Shown here: piece after piece, positions 38,101-53,100 of the stretch
Numbering within the stretch: the first letter of the stretch is position 1
How the letters are laid out: each line of letters begins with the position of its first letter
Assembly: GCF_964355755.1 (NCBI RefSeq)
Contig: NC_092679.1
Location: 13,747,432-13,811,431, forward strand
Length of the DNA: 64,000 nt
Source of the DNA: Antedon mediterranea
Lineage: Eukaryota; Animalia; Echinodermata
Direction of reading: 5' to 3'
Program-made: the position numbers and the translations under genes
The notes under the pieces: generated by a model
What the model was told of the DNA's origin: nothing
Seen by the model: only the letters and a program-made list of their open reading frames with translations
Databases searched by the model: none

Positions 38101-41100
38101 TAGACTTTTAACTCACACAAATTGCAAGAAAAGGTTTTTTTGATGAAATGTGTTCTTTAGACCCTACTGAACACATTTATCAACGTTAGGACATTTTTCG
38201 ACAACAGGAAGTAGCCTAATTTGCATAATTAAAAATGGCGGCCATTTTTAATAACGTACTCTGTATCTTGGAAACCGCTAGTCACAGATACTTAATTATG
38301 GTGTCAAAATCGTTAGAATATATGTTTTTATATTCACTTTAATGAAAAAGTTTGTCCAAAAATGAATGGAAGTGCTATTTCTAACATTATTGACCTTTGA
38401 CCTTGATTTATCATATCTTAGCAACCACTAATCTGAGAGACACACAATATGGCTCAAACTGTTTAGAAACTACATATTTATATTTAGTCTAATGGCATGT
38501 TTTTGCAATAAAATGGCCGATTCTAACATTATTGACCTTTGAACTTTGCACTACATAAAATCGCATAACTTTGAAAATATTGTACATATGAAATTATTTT
38601 TAGTGTCAAATTATTCAGAACATACATGTTTCTATAGAGTCCAATGACACATTATGTCCAATAATGACCTATTGTATGGTTATTAACATTTGAACTATAT
38701 TTGAAAAGGATTTTTATCCCGGAATCTTCTTCATGTAGGCATTCATTAGAACATGTGATTTGGCACTACTTGTTTAGAATATGGTGGTAAATTAAATTAA
38801 ATTTAAAAACTGAAATATTCACTTAAAAAAAAAATATTAGACTATGTATACATACATTATAGGTTTGGATTATTAATACATTTTTAATTAGGTCTTACAT
38901 CTTACTCAGGAGAAAGTTGGTGTTGACACTATTAACAGAGCCAACAAAAATGTATTTTTTTTTTATGATATATTGTACATACTTTAAATAGGCCATGCCA
39001 TTTTGCAGGTTTATTAACGTTTTTTTCAAGTTAGTAATTTATTTTTTGATCAAATTAAATTGCCATTAAATGGCATATTCAAAAAACAAATTTCTAAAGA
39101 TTATTTAGTTTATATTTTGCTAAGGATAGCATCACTCTTGAGGGCATTCTTTTAGGTTGAAACATAGTCTTATTAAGAAGGCATTTTCTACTAATAGACG
39201 CATTGTTGACAACTGGAATTTTAAAAGATCGATATTAATGCAACATATTTAGTTTAGTTTAATTAATTGGCTATCGAGACTCATAATTAGGCTGACCACC
39301 ACTTGCAATATTTTCGCCGTATACAGTAAAAACCTCAGTTTCTTATGGAATTTATTTATTTATTTCAATAACCATACAGTACGACTACTAGTCGTATATA
39401 GTTTTTAACCTTTTATAACTTGTTTTTGTACTTTTTTTATGTGAATGTACGTATTGTGTATGTACCATGTTTCTATGTGGTTTAATTTTTACCATTTTTT
39501 AACCATCAATTTTAATGCTTTTAATATTATATAAATATATTGTAATTCAGCTTCAGCTGCGAAAACGATAAGAAATAAAATAAATAAACGTGTAAACTTG
39601 TAGGCAGTTTATGGATGAATGCAATAGTTTATGCTTATAAATTTAATGTATCACGGCCTACTTTAAACTAAACATAATAAGTCAACATTGCAACTCTTAC
39701 ATTTTAGAGTGCCAAATCACATGTTCAAATGGATGTCCACATGAAGAAGATTCCGGGTTTTTTAACATTTGAACTATATTTGAAAAGCCTTTAAAAAGGC
39801 TTTTCAAATATAGTTCAAATGTTAATAACCATACAATAGGCTATTATTGGACATAATACAATATGTATGTTCTGAACAATTTGACACTAAAAATAATTTC
39901 ATATGTACAATATTTTCAAAGTTATGCGATTTTATGTAGTGCAAAGTTCAAAGGTCAATAATGTTAGAATCGGCCATTTTTTGCAAAAACATGCCATTAG
40001 ACTAAATATAAATATGTAGTTTTTGAACAGTTTGAGCCATATTGTGTGTCTCTCAGATTAGTGGTTGCTAAGATATGATAAATCAAAGTCAAATGTCAAT
40101 AATGTTAGAATCCGCCATTTTTTGCAAAAACATGCCATTAGACTGGATATAAATGTGTAGTTTCTGAACAATTTAAGCCCTAATTTGTATATCTCTGATT
40201 AGTGGTTGCTGAGATATGAGAATTCAAGGTCAAAGGTCAATAATGTTAGAAATAGCACTTCCATTAATTTTTGGACAAACTTTTTCAATAAAGTGAATAT
40301 AAAAACATATATTCTAACGATTTTGACACCATAATTAAGTATCTGTGACTAGCGGTTTTCAAGATACAGAGTACGTTATTAAAAATGGCTGCCATTTTTT
40401 ATTATGCAAATTAGGCTACTTCCCGTTGTCGAAAAATGTCCTAACGTTGATAAATATGTTCAGTAGGGTCTAAAGAACACATTTCATCCAAAAAACCTTT
40501 TCTTGCAATTTGTGTGAGAAAAGGGTCATTTTTTAGCTAAATCCCATGGACTAAACCCTATGTAGGGATGTTATTGTTGAGTGACCTTCTTTTAAGAAGG
40601 CAAATTGATCAATGCTAATTAAGTTATGATTTACAAGATATTCAATAACATGTACCTGTACCTCCTTTTCCATTATTTTGCTATGTGGCCAATCACTGAG
40701 ATTGGTCTATAGTTACACATATCGTTTTTAGCAATTTTCCAGTCATCTGGTATAATACCATTGAGTTAAATATTTGGCATAAGGAATATGAGATAAATAG
40801 AGCGGCTAATCGGAGTAATTTGCTATCAAAGTCTATCACATCTATATGTTTTTTTCAGGCAATTTTGAGAGTTTATTTTGTACCGTTTCAACATTAACCT
40901 CATGAAACTTAAATTTATAAAGACAATCAGGATTTTTCCATTTGGGAAAACTATTTTTATCAAAAGAATCGGCCATGTTTGTTTCAATATTAGTAAAATA
41001 TTTATTGCATTTTTCAACAATAACTGTAGTATTCAAATTCTTTTTACCCTTTCCAGTTACTCGATTTATCTCATTCCATAATTCTTTTAGATTATTTTTA

Positions 41101-44100
41101 TAGTTAAGATGAACTGTATCGTAATATTCGCGCTTTGCCTTGTTAATAGTATTTGTAAAGAGATTTCGTAGTCGCATTATATTTATATTTTTTTTTCAGG
41201 ATTTGCCAGTTTAATTTTTGATTTGACATAATCTCGTTCGTACATTAATTTCAGAATACTAGAGGGTGAGCTCGCTTCGCTCGCTCCTCTCTAGGAAGTG
41301 TAGACGCTGGTTCTCGGAATGATAATGTTCTCCTTTTTATACGTTTTCTGTCGGTTACCATTATTGAAAATGCTTGACATTCGTAAAACTAAACTACTTT
41401 GTTTCACAGTGTTTTAGATGATTAATAACATTTTAAAGTATAGTTTTTATTGTTTGGTAGGGCCCTTTGGGGAGGCGGAGTTCATTTGAGGGAGGTGCTT
41501 ATTCGAGGGATATATGTTAAATTTGTTAGTTTTAATAATATGGTAACATTTATAATCAAATGAAATCCTCTAATAGATATGAAAAGTGGTAAAAAAGAAT
41601 AACAAATGCTTGGTAAATTGTAGATAACAGTGCGGTGAATTCTATACAAGTAGTATAATTGTGTTATTATAAATATGCATGTAGATGGACGTTTATTAGA
41701 TAGTTGGGTTGGGGTGGGGGGTTATTCAAAGTGATGTTTTATTGGAGAGGCGTTTATTCAAATGAATACCATCCTAATAATTATTAATACATTATTTAAT
41801 TTAATCATCTTTTGAAACTAACTGCCGTGACAGAGTGGGCCCAAGAAAGAAGACATTACGGCTTGCAACATGGGCAGACATCTCGGTCCTAACGGGAGAC
41901 AGGAAGATAACCTACAGTTATTCCTGCAAGCTTACTCAATAAAACTCAGCTATCCGGATTTCACTCGAAAAAAGTCTTATCATCAAATCTCCCTATGTAA
42001 TTTTATAATACTATTCCCCACAATATATTCTGATTCTTTATGGCGTATATTTAATTTGATCTTTATTAATTTGCAGTATAATTTCTATTATTTAACTACT
42101 GTACCTTCACACACGCGCGCCATGGAGGTATAAAAATACCTCTATTAGTCATAGCAAAGAATATAAATAGGTAAAGAATCAACTGTACGCGCTGTTATAC
42201 ATAGAAGGATAGGAAACGCGGACGCTTATTCGTGGACGCGTAAGAATCCAGCAGCCGAACGACGGCGGGCTCTAGATATGGTTCCCGTCTAATCCCACGT
42301 TTCGATGGATCGTGATGATCTGATGTGTTCTCGCGTCTGTGCTCTACTAATTTTGATATTAATATTTTGATAATCATTTTGATAAATAATCATCGTTTGC
42401 ATTTTTATAGATATTTACAATAAAAGTTTTACCTTACCCACGCCTGAAGGTGGCGCACTTCTTTTGGCGAAAAAGAAATGCGCCACCTTCAGGCGTAGGC
42501 AAATAGTAACCCGGATGTGGTTTACACCGCCAACGGAACTGTTGTATCTTCTCCTTTTATTATCTTTGGTCATAGCCATTTCAGTTTTTTGTTTATTTTA
42601 AAACATACCGCGCGCGCATGTACCTCCATGCGCGCGCGGTATGTTTTAAAATAAACAAAAAACTGAAATGGCTATGACTAATGGCCAACTTAAGCTCCAG
42701 TCCTACTATCTGATTTTTTTTCGTCTTCTAAAGGGACACTGTATTGATGGATGGAAAGTGCCTGTTTCCAGTCACCTTTAGGGTCAAATCTATTATTTTA
42801 ACTGCTCCCTTGTGTATAAAAGAGAGAAAATATTTGAAACCAGGTTGTTGCAAGGTGAACTTATCTTAAACCCGGAAATCACTTTGACCGGGAAGAATTG
42901 AAATTGAGATGAAAATCTAATGTTGAAATCATAAATTTTGTTAAAAAACTCTTTAGAATATCTTCCTAAGATAGAAATATGGAACAATAGCGTCGATGTG
43001 AACACTAATGTTATCAAATCTACGTTTCGTGGTACATCTCAGATAGATAAGGTAGGTATCCAAGGCGGAGATTTGTACCACCGAAGTTTTTGCATTGTGC
43101 TCACCTAGGTCAGAATTAACCATAATTTATATATATAGATTAGGGGTCATCCAGGATGAGCATCTGCGTTTAACTCTGCATGATTTTATTGTAGAGGGAT
43201 GCTCAATTTTTTTTTTATTATTTTGTAATTTGTATTTTTTGTAATTACAGGAAGGTATCAAACTTCTAAACTGAACTTTGAATATAATAATTGTAAAAAT
43301 ATTGATAGATAAACATGTTGAAACATAACTGAAAATTACTCACAGACTAAAAATTCTGTCCAATGCGACGAAGGCGTCTTTGTGTATAAAGCTAATATTG
43401 TTGTTTACAAGATTGCTGAAAACAACAAAACAGACGTACAATATTCTAGTATGTAACTACCTTTACGCTTAAAAGCATTGCTCTATTTTTAAAGCATTGC
43501 TAAATTTTTAAAGACTCCATAGTTCACTATGTCGGTCGGTCGGTAGGTCCGTCGGTCGGTCTGTCGGCAGGTCAGTCGGTCGGTCGGTAAATACTAACTC
43601 AAATTTGAGCACGCCACTGGGCCAGCCATATATATGGCCTTGTATCTCTTAGTGACTGATCATCATGATTGTGTTTATTGAGGTTCAGTAATATCTTGTG
43701 GTTAGAGATCAGATAACAATATTATGACGTAGGGGTTGTCTTTCGCTTAAAATATGTAATAATAATTATAATATTAATCTAGTTTGACAATTCAATTACG
43801 TAGTAGTTTTGCATATAAATGTCTTAAATAGGGAGGTATTTAAATAACAACAAATAAAAATAAAATGTTGACAAAAAATCACAAAAACGTGTGTTCAAGA
43901 TCAGATATTCATTCTTTATACACTACTGAATAAACCATGGCTCTTTTTAACAGCAGAACGTAGCCAAATTGTGCATTTTGCCATTTGAAGAACCATTAAA
44001 TTTTCCACAATTTATTTTTCTATAAGTCAGCACCAGATGCCCACCAGATAGACATATGCAAGGTAATGAAATCCTGACAATAATATAATTGAATGCCATA

Positions 44101-47100
44101 AAGAAATAACATTTGTGTAATTGTAATCCAGCTACATGGCCATTCTCCATATCTTAAGAAGAATTTAAGGTTATTTGGTTTTAAAAAAATAGGCCGTTGG
44201 TGGTATGCCCATCTATGGGAATGTTCGCTTCTTTTATACATAATACTTACAGCACCAATATGTCGCCGCCTTGAAATGCTTTTGATGGGATACTTCGTAG
44301 TTTGTTATTATCAAGATATCTATGGTATGGTATTGAGAAAATAACAGATTAGTCTTAAATTTGACCCGAAGTTACTTTAGAGATGCAACCTTCAATTACC
44401 ACAAAAAACTGGATAATACCAATGAGCAACATATTACAAAAATTATAGATATCATCGAGTTAAATTAAAAAGATATTGACATTATAATAATTTAACATCT
44501 ATCCGGGGGTTGTTTTATAGCATTTTTAAATATGACCCGAAGTTACTTTAGAGATGCAACCTTCAATCACCACAAAAAACTGGATAATACCAATGAGCAC
44601 CATATTACAAAAATTATAGATATCATCGAGTTACATTAAAAAGATATTGACATTATAATAATTTAACATCTATCCGGGGGTTGTTTTATAGCATTTTTAA
44701 TGAATTGTTTTCAATTATATTAATTATGATATAAAAATAAATTAAACATTTGCTTATAATGTAGTAATGTAGTATATAAAAGCCCATATTAAAATTAATT
44801 TAAACAAAACATGTGAATTGATAGTTGATTTTAGGACAAAAAATAGGTCAGTTCATGAGCCCCTTAGTATAGGAAATGAGTTAATTAAAGTTGTCCCAGA
44901 GTATAAATATCTAGGAACTATAATAGACAAAAAGCTGGACTGGTGTAATAACATTAAAAAACTCTATAAAAAAGGACAACAACGGCTATATCTGTTAAGA
45001 CAACTTAGGAAATGTAATGTTAGTAAACAAATTCTTATACTGTTCTACCAGTCAACCATACTTAGTGTTATATCTTGTTGTAGAATTATCTGGGAGGCTT
45101 GTTTATATGAAAAAGATAAGGAACTATTAAATAAAATTACCAGAAGGGCTGGGCGGGTTATTGGAGTTGATGTATCTGTTCTTAATTTCAACTACGATGC
45201 AGGTGTTCTCTCCTTGGTAAAACGTCTACTCTCCCAAACAGACCACCCGCTCCATAAGGAATACATTTTTCTTCCATCAAATATTCGTATCCCTCTGCCT
45301 CGAAGCCGTACTAAACGCTACAATAAATCATTTGTCCCACAGTCTATTGTCACCTATAACAAACTTGTCCAGCGCTAACTCATGGAGAGAACACCTGGAT
45401 CGTAGACTTTTTGATATTTTATTAGTGATTTTCTATATTGACTGTTTTCTGCATGTACGTATATTGTTATTATCTCTGCAGTGTATATAAGAGGAATTTC
45501 TAATGTATTTTTATATTGGACCAAATAAAGAATATATATATAATATATTTTACCATTTTTTATATTTTGTGGCCAGTAAAAATCGTAATTTATATAATAT
45601 AGATCTGTGCCTTAAAAATATATATATATATGTCACATACATTTACATATTTAGTAAATCACGTGTAAATTCTAGAATTTTACTCAATAGTAAGCTGGTG
45701 GTAAATACTTTCGGTACAGTTTTTTCCACATAATGAAAAAATACTACATGAATCAACATTAGTTACTGATGATTAAAACGAATTTATTTTGTTCATTTGG
45801 CACAAATATTTGTCGATACTGAAATATATCCACACACAACAATGCAACGATGCTTCGTTACGAGCTATCTCCGTTTACCATTAGAATTCGCTGGAATTCG
45901 GCACCGCAACCGCAATAACACTTTATGGTAACTGGCAAACAAAGTTTTTATATTTTTAAAATGTAATTTTACTATGTGGAATATACATTGTTCAATTGAT
46001 TAATGACAGTGAATTGATAAAAGTCCTCTTCCACTCATTCATCCGTTACGCTATTCGTCTTGGGTAGACATTGCGTACGCTAATCGTTTCCATGATAATA
46101 ATTTAAAATAAATAAGTGCATCAACCTAGCAACGTGACCGATAAATACAAATAGCCAATAAATAGAAAAAGGTAAGTAGTACAAGGCTATGTATCTTTAT
46201 TACGGAATAAGAGCTAGACTTTCGATCGCCCTCTAGTGAGATCGTATAAACAGAAAACAGTTATATTTATTACTCACATGCTACTTCCTGTTGAGAGTTT
46301 GAAAGTTCCAGTAGATAGTTCTACGACAGATGGTGAAATAAAGCTAAAAAGAATAGAACACAAATTATATCATTAATATATAATTTGTAACTTTTAATAA
46401 TAAAGTATTGTGTGTATAGTTTGGTTCCGCCGAACAACGCCGATATACACTGTACTAGATGGTACGCGAGCGAACTTTGGTATTCGTAAATGACATTTAA
46501 TACAAATGACGTTTAACTATATCACACGTTAATTAAGTTTGTTAGTCTGTAATACTATTCTGCGACTTGTTTACACTTGTGGGTTTACAGAATTTAATTT
46601 ATCATATAATACTCTTAATATATAATATAAAAATTTAATCTGTAACTCTGACAGAGTGTTCTAGATGGCATATAATAAACAATGCCGATTCAAGATAAGC
46701 GAGCCTTCGAGTTGTCTGACCACTCCAACATTTTCGAGAACTTGTTTGAATAACGTGTTTGCATTTCTACCACGCTTCGAGCATTTGTTTGGAAGAATAG
46801 CTTTTTCGTCAAAGATCATTATCGGATCTAATAAAAAAAAATCAGATTTGCAGAATTTCGTTGCTGGGTTTTGATGAATGTAGATAAATCACATGTCTTA
46901 CATATATTGTGAATGTCGACGTTGGTGTAAGACAGTTTATAACATTCATCATCTAAAGTGTTTTTCGCCGATAACCACTACGGATCATTCGTCGTAAAAA
47001 GGTACACCAGGTCGAATCAAGTTTATTTGATTGTGCAGACGTTAGAACCCAGTTTTGACAATTGAATGTCAATCGAGGAATATAAGCTCATAGGAAAATC

Positions 47101-50100
47101 AAACGAGTTTGGAGAAGAATATTGTGATTTAATAAAACATTCTTCATTGACGAAATTTGTTTTTGGCAGATTCGATGCAACTATTGAATTCCCAGTGTCC
47201 TGTGGTATTCTGGTCATGGACGATTTGAAAGCCAAGATAGCGAAACCTGTCGGTGTTTTTAATAGGTTTTCCATAAGGGATATAACACTCTTGGGATAAA
47301 CATCTTCTCCATATGTGAATTTACGATTGGTAGTCATGGTTTCTGTTTTAGTCGCATTTATTTTCAGTTTAAATTGTTTAAAAATGGAATCGATCAGGGA
47401 GAGTGATGATTCGAGTGAAGCAAACGAAAATAGATATAACACGATATCATCGGTGTAACCTGCCCAATCGAGTTGCGATGTACTGCCAACAGTTGGTCCA
47501 CGTTTAATAGTTGCACGATCTTCGCGAGTAGTAGGTATTCGATATTTGAATTGACAGAAATCTAATCTCTGACTGGTTGCGTGATGCATGAAAATTCTCA
47601 TTACAAAGTCAATATATAAATCAAACACCAGCGGTTGTTGGTGGTACGTTTCGTCCTTCAACATCAATCTGTAGTTTTTGAGTACAAATTTTGAAGTATA
47701 TCAATAAGGGTAGTGTTTTCGAGTTCTGGTGGTAAACGAAGGCGTATAGATGTCCAGAGCCAGGATCTAGCGATATGATCAAACGCGGCAGATAGATCGA
47801 CAAAAGAAGATATCCTGTCGTTGATTGATCGTTCGTGATTTGCTGAAAACGTTTGGTGGCATCATTGGTGCCATGATTTTGACGAAAGCCATATTGATTG
47901 TCAGTGAGCTGATGATCGTACCATGATTGAAGTCTTGAAAGTATAATGTTGATGACACTTTTACCAACGATAGAGTCGATGTTGAGTCTACGATACATAG
48001 TTGGGTCACGCTTCGAGCCTTTGCCCTTCCACAATGCTTCAATTTTTCCATTACCCCAACTTTTTGGAACAGTCTTATCTTTCCAAACTTGCTCGACAAG
48101 CTCCATAAAAAGTTCATAAAATTGAAAGACTTTCTCGCATGTTTCAAAATTTCAGGTGGAATGTCATTGGAAGCCTTTCGATTTTTCAGTTTAGCTAAAC
48201 TTTCGATAACTTCGTCCCGAGAGGGAACATCGTTCTTAAACGGATATTGCCGAGAGATTTCTTGGAGTTGTTCAACTAACCCCGGTATATCTGTTGTAAG
48301 TTCAGTAGGAGTTTCGTCCTCTCGAGGTAGTGGTGGATTAAAATGGTTGGTAAAGTGATCGATGAGCTTTTCTGGTGGACAGGACGAAGGTGGATTTTCC
48401 AGTGTTGTTGTTTGCGATTTTGCTTTAGCAAAGAGTTTAGCGATTTCACGATTTATAGCATGAATATTAATCTTAGCAGCCTCAGCTTTGAAAAAGTTGT
48501 TTTTCAGAGTTTTGTGACGGTTTAGAAATCTACGTGATAATATCTTGATGGTTTCTTTAGGATCACCATTTTGACGAGCTTTATCACGCTGTTGAAAAAG
48601 TTCTTTTAATTCGGGATCATTACGCCACGGAGGATCACTTTGATTTGGTACTGCGTTGGGGATCTCGGCATTTGCAATTTCTTTTAGATGTCGAATGAGC
48701 ACAGCATCTTTCTCATCAACCGAGTTAATGGCATTTAGTTGAGAGAATCGTTCTTCAAGTTTGTCATGGAAGTTTCTTTTCGTTATTTCGTCATTCAAGA
48801 AAAAATCCAAATCAAGTTTTTTCTTTTTGGTGTGTTTACAATTTACGAAACGTGCCACTTTAGTTTTCGGAGTTCTAAAAGTGGTTACTAAAAGTTTATG
48901 ATCACTATTAAAATCGAAACTAATTTGTTCGCACACGACAATCGGGGATATATTGACGCAGCCAGTCATTGCACATGAGGTAGTCAAGTGTTTTTAGTCG
49001 CGTGGAAGCGACTCTATAGTTCACTATGTCGGTCGGTCGGTCGGTCGGTCAATCAGTCTGTCGGTCCGGTATCACTATGCGTTTTATCGCTTTCTGACCT
49101 TATCTTGATATCAGTTTAATCTAGCTAGGTCAATTTTTCACAGTATATTCCTTATGGCCAGGAATCGATGTGGTTATGTTTTCACGGTGCGCATTAAAAA
49201 ATTACGCGGTCTACGCACGATTTAACGAAATCACGTTTGTAATCATATCTTCACAACCATGAATCACAATTAAATAAAATTTGGTACTCATAAATTTCAG
49301 GGCATAAATCCTCATATGGCAATACAATACGTGCGTAGCGCATGTAACGCATGCGTACGCGCGCTTAAAATTTTCAAAATTTATTTTCGATGAAAAGAGT
49401 ACGTTTCAAGCAATTTTAAGCGTTTACAAAATTGCCATGAGTGCGCATATTTTTGCGCGCGCACTGCGCGTTAAATGTTATTGCGCACTCTTTTTGCCCG
49501 ATTTCTGTTTTCTTGACTTACTTTTCAACTCGAAATTACGTTATACGAGCACGTCAAAAGTGACAGGCTACGCACGTGTAAATTAAAAAAATATAAATGT
49601 TTTTAAACATTTCAACATTTTTAAACATGTTCAGTAATTTTGGTCAGTATTGTTCACTATGTCGGTCGGTCGGTCTGTCTGTCGGTGGTCTGTCGATCTG
49701 TCTGTCGGTCTGTCTGTCAGTCTGTCTGTCGGTCCGGTATCACTATGCATTGTAGCACGCGACTTAATGGCTGTTGGCCTTGTTCTAGTACCATGCGCAT
49801 CGTTACAGTACCATGTGAATTGGTGATGGTCGGGATGTTTAAACCAAGTGTTCATAATTGAAATTTTATTATCACGAGCAAAATTAATCATACGTTCGCC
49901 ATTTTCATTACTTTCGATGTCAGTTTGTACAGATGATGAGCGAATACAAGCGTGCTTCTTCACTGCTGTTGTTGTTGCATTGAAGTCTCCAAGTACAATC
50001 ACTTGTTGGTGTTTTTTAATTGATAATTGTTGTTCGCATAGTTTTCGATAGAATGAAAGTGTTGCACTGTCAAGAGATTCCTCTGTCGGAGCATAAATAG

Positions 50101-53100
50101 CGATAACTTTTGTCTTACATCCATAAACTGCCACGGATGCTGAAATCATGCGAGGTCCGATATAGGATATTTCATTGATAATTACATTGGGGTCGATTCG
50201 AATTACTAGTGCAACACCGTCTCGTCGGAGTCGTTTGCGGCCACACCAATGAACTTCGTATTCTGCATTACCAACTTTTATGATTGTATTACCCTGTTAT
50301 AGTTTTCGTACTTCTTGTAGTGCACAAAGGGTGAGTCCGCTTCTAACGATCTGACGTACAGCTTCTTCTAGTCTCCTGTCTTCCGAGCCGGTTCGAATGT
50401 TAATTGTGCCAATTTTCCATTGATGAAAGTTTTTTAAAGTTCGATTCGACGTTTTAGGCATGTGTAACAATGATAACGTATTTTGAATTTTTCTATAAGT
50501 TAATTTTATACAGTCGCGGTATTGGATAAGAATAAGGATGTTGTTTAACAACTGCACACTTCCTCTTACATGTTAACAGATCCACCATTTGTAAATGCAA
50601 ACGCATTTTCACCAAGCATTTGAAGTTTCTTGTTATTCTTAATTCGCCTGAAAAAAATGAAGGAGAGGAGAAGATTACTAGTTCGTAGTTCCTTATTAAA
50701 ATACAACTAAAGGACAGTCACACATTTTTAGTCGCGTTGAAGCGACTCTTTAGTTCACTATGTCGGTCGGTCGGTCGGTCTGTCGGTCTGTCAGTCTGTC
50801 GGTCCGGTATCACTATGCGTTTTATCTCTTTCTGACCTTATCTTGATATCAGTTTAATCCAGCTAGGTCAATTTTTCACAGTATATTCCTTATGGCCAGG
50901 AATCAATGTGGTTATGTTTTCACGGTGCGCAATAAAAAATTACGCGGTCTACGCACGATTTAACGAAATCACGTTTGTAATCATATCTTCACAACCATGA
51001 ATCACAATTAAATAAAATTTGGTACTCATAAATTTCAGGGCATAAATCCTCATATGGCAATACAATTACGTGCGTAGCGCATGTAACGCATGCGTACGCG
51101 CGCTTAAAATTTTCAAAATTTATTTTCGATGAAAAGAGTACGTTTCAAGCAATTTTAAGCGTTTACAAAATTGCCATGAGTGCGCATATTTTTGCGCGCG
51201 CACTGCGCGTTAAATGTTATTGCGCACTCTTTTTGCCCGGTTTCTGTTTTCTTGACTTACTTTTCAACTCGAAATTACGTTATACGAGCACGTCAAAAGT
51301 GACAGGCTACGCACGTGTAAATTAAAAAAATATAAATGTTTTTAAACATTTCAACATTTTTAAACATGTTCAGTAATTTCGGTCAGTATAGTTCACTATG
51401 TCGGTCGGTCGGTCGGTCTGTCGGTCTGTCTGTCGGTCTGTCTGTCGGTCCGTTATCACTATGCATTGTAGCACGCGACTTAATGGCTGTTGGCCTTGTT
51501 TTTAAAGATTTTAATACTTAATAACTGTCTAATTGAGTTGTCAACATGTTAGCCTTGACCTCTTCTATTTCTTCCGGTCAATGTTTAATAGTATTTAAGC
51601 ATTAACGTCCTCTATGGTGAATAAGTAACTAGCTTTACAAAGACAAAACACATGACCTAACTAATGTTTCAAAATATGTTGGTATGGATCGATGAACCTT
51701 GACCTACTCTACCTTTGCTACCCTATTTCCGCAATATTTTTTGCATCTAACATCACCCCCCCCCCCAAACGAATAAGTAATTAGCTTTACGAAGGTTATA
51801 ACAGTTGACCTACTTCTTTTTTTTCAAAATATTTTAGTAGGGATCGATGGCCTTTGACCTACTCTACTATTTGCCACCCTAGTTCCGCGAACTTGTTTGC
51901 GTTTACGCCCTCTACGCCGAACATTTACCTACTTAATTTTAATATTGTAACAAAAATTAAAAACTTACAAATTTACTAATTTGCTGTTGTTTGCAAAAGT
52001 AAAAGGTTCAATGATATTTATATCATTAGATGACAGGTATCTGAAGAAAAAAAATCATCATTAGTTTTTAGAATAAATATCTCAAATTATAAAAGTTGTT
52101 AAATAAGAGTGTGGTAGTCGTGGTAGTGACAGGTGGTACCATAGTAGCAGCAGCGGCGGCAGTAGGAGCAGCAGCAGTATAACAGACTGACTAGAACGAT
52201 CGTCAACGTGTATTTTCAGTAACTACATGCAGTACATTATTTATCTTATTCATTCGTGTTATAAAGAAGAAATCACTTAGTGACGCTATGAAATAACAAC
52301 TGATGATCATCTAAATCAAATAAAATATTCTTTTTCTTCATCATCGTTATCATCAACATATAAAGAAAATCAGAAAAATAAAAACAGGTCTATTTATACA
52401 GATATTGACTGCTTAGAGGTTAAATATAAGATTTGACATCCCCGAGGAAATGATATTATATTCGAGGGAATATATATTTCCCGAAGCGCCAGCTTTCCCG
52501 AGTGGATGTAAACGGTGATATCTGTTATATTACATATCCAACAACAATTTAACTGCTGGGTCGGGTGTAGGCCTAGCTAGGCCTCTTTTATGTAATAAGC
52601 CTGCCTAGTTAGGGGTTGCATTCATCTTACCTTGTAAAGAATAATATACAGATAATTACTAATTAATGATTCCTTGGCAATAAAATATTCACTTAGGCCT
52701 AGGCCGTTTAAATTAACAGAATAATTTCTATTAATAATAATAATATTATTATCACTTTATCAGGTAGGCCGAATAAATAATAAGTCTTCTTCTTCGAGGA
52801 GCCGTACCGTGTTACTACTGTGTATTAACCAATCACAAACGGTCTTTCGTCACATCTAGTCAAATCATTAATCAAACTACCATTAATGATCTTATTACTA
52901 AAATTAATTGGAATCCACTTCCACAAATGACACTAATACTAGATATAATATGTTTATTAAAGAAATCCAACATACGATTGAACAAACTATTCCATCTAAA
53001 ACACCTAAACAAAGAAAAAATAATATAAAAAAAAACTATGGATTACTAGAGGTATTCTTAAGTCAGTCAATAAAAAAAATGTATTATATAAAAAACATTT

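Larger units (their letters stand above)
36410..43205 (-). mobile_element. Decayed CR1/L2 LINE interrupted by three DNA transposons
   Basis: Pieces 43205-43140, 41258-40554, 38086-38060 and 37432-36410 rejoin to WMTPNILKLMYERD, TSLHRVVGEWLEYLNDSEMIGACF, GIPQGSVLG, FADD, MYKCIHGLAP, with an (AATA)n tail. Confidence 0.85.
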
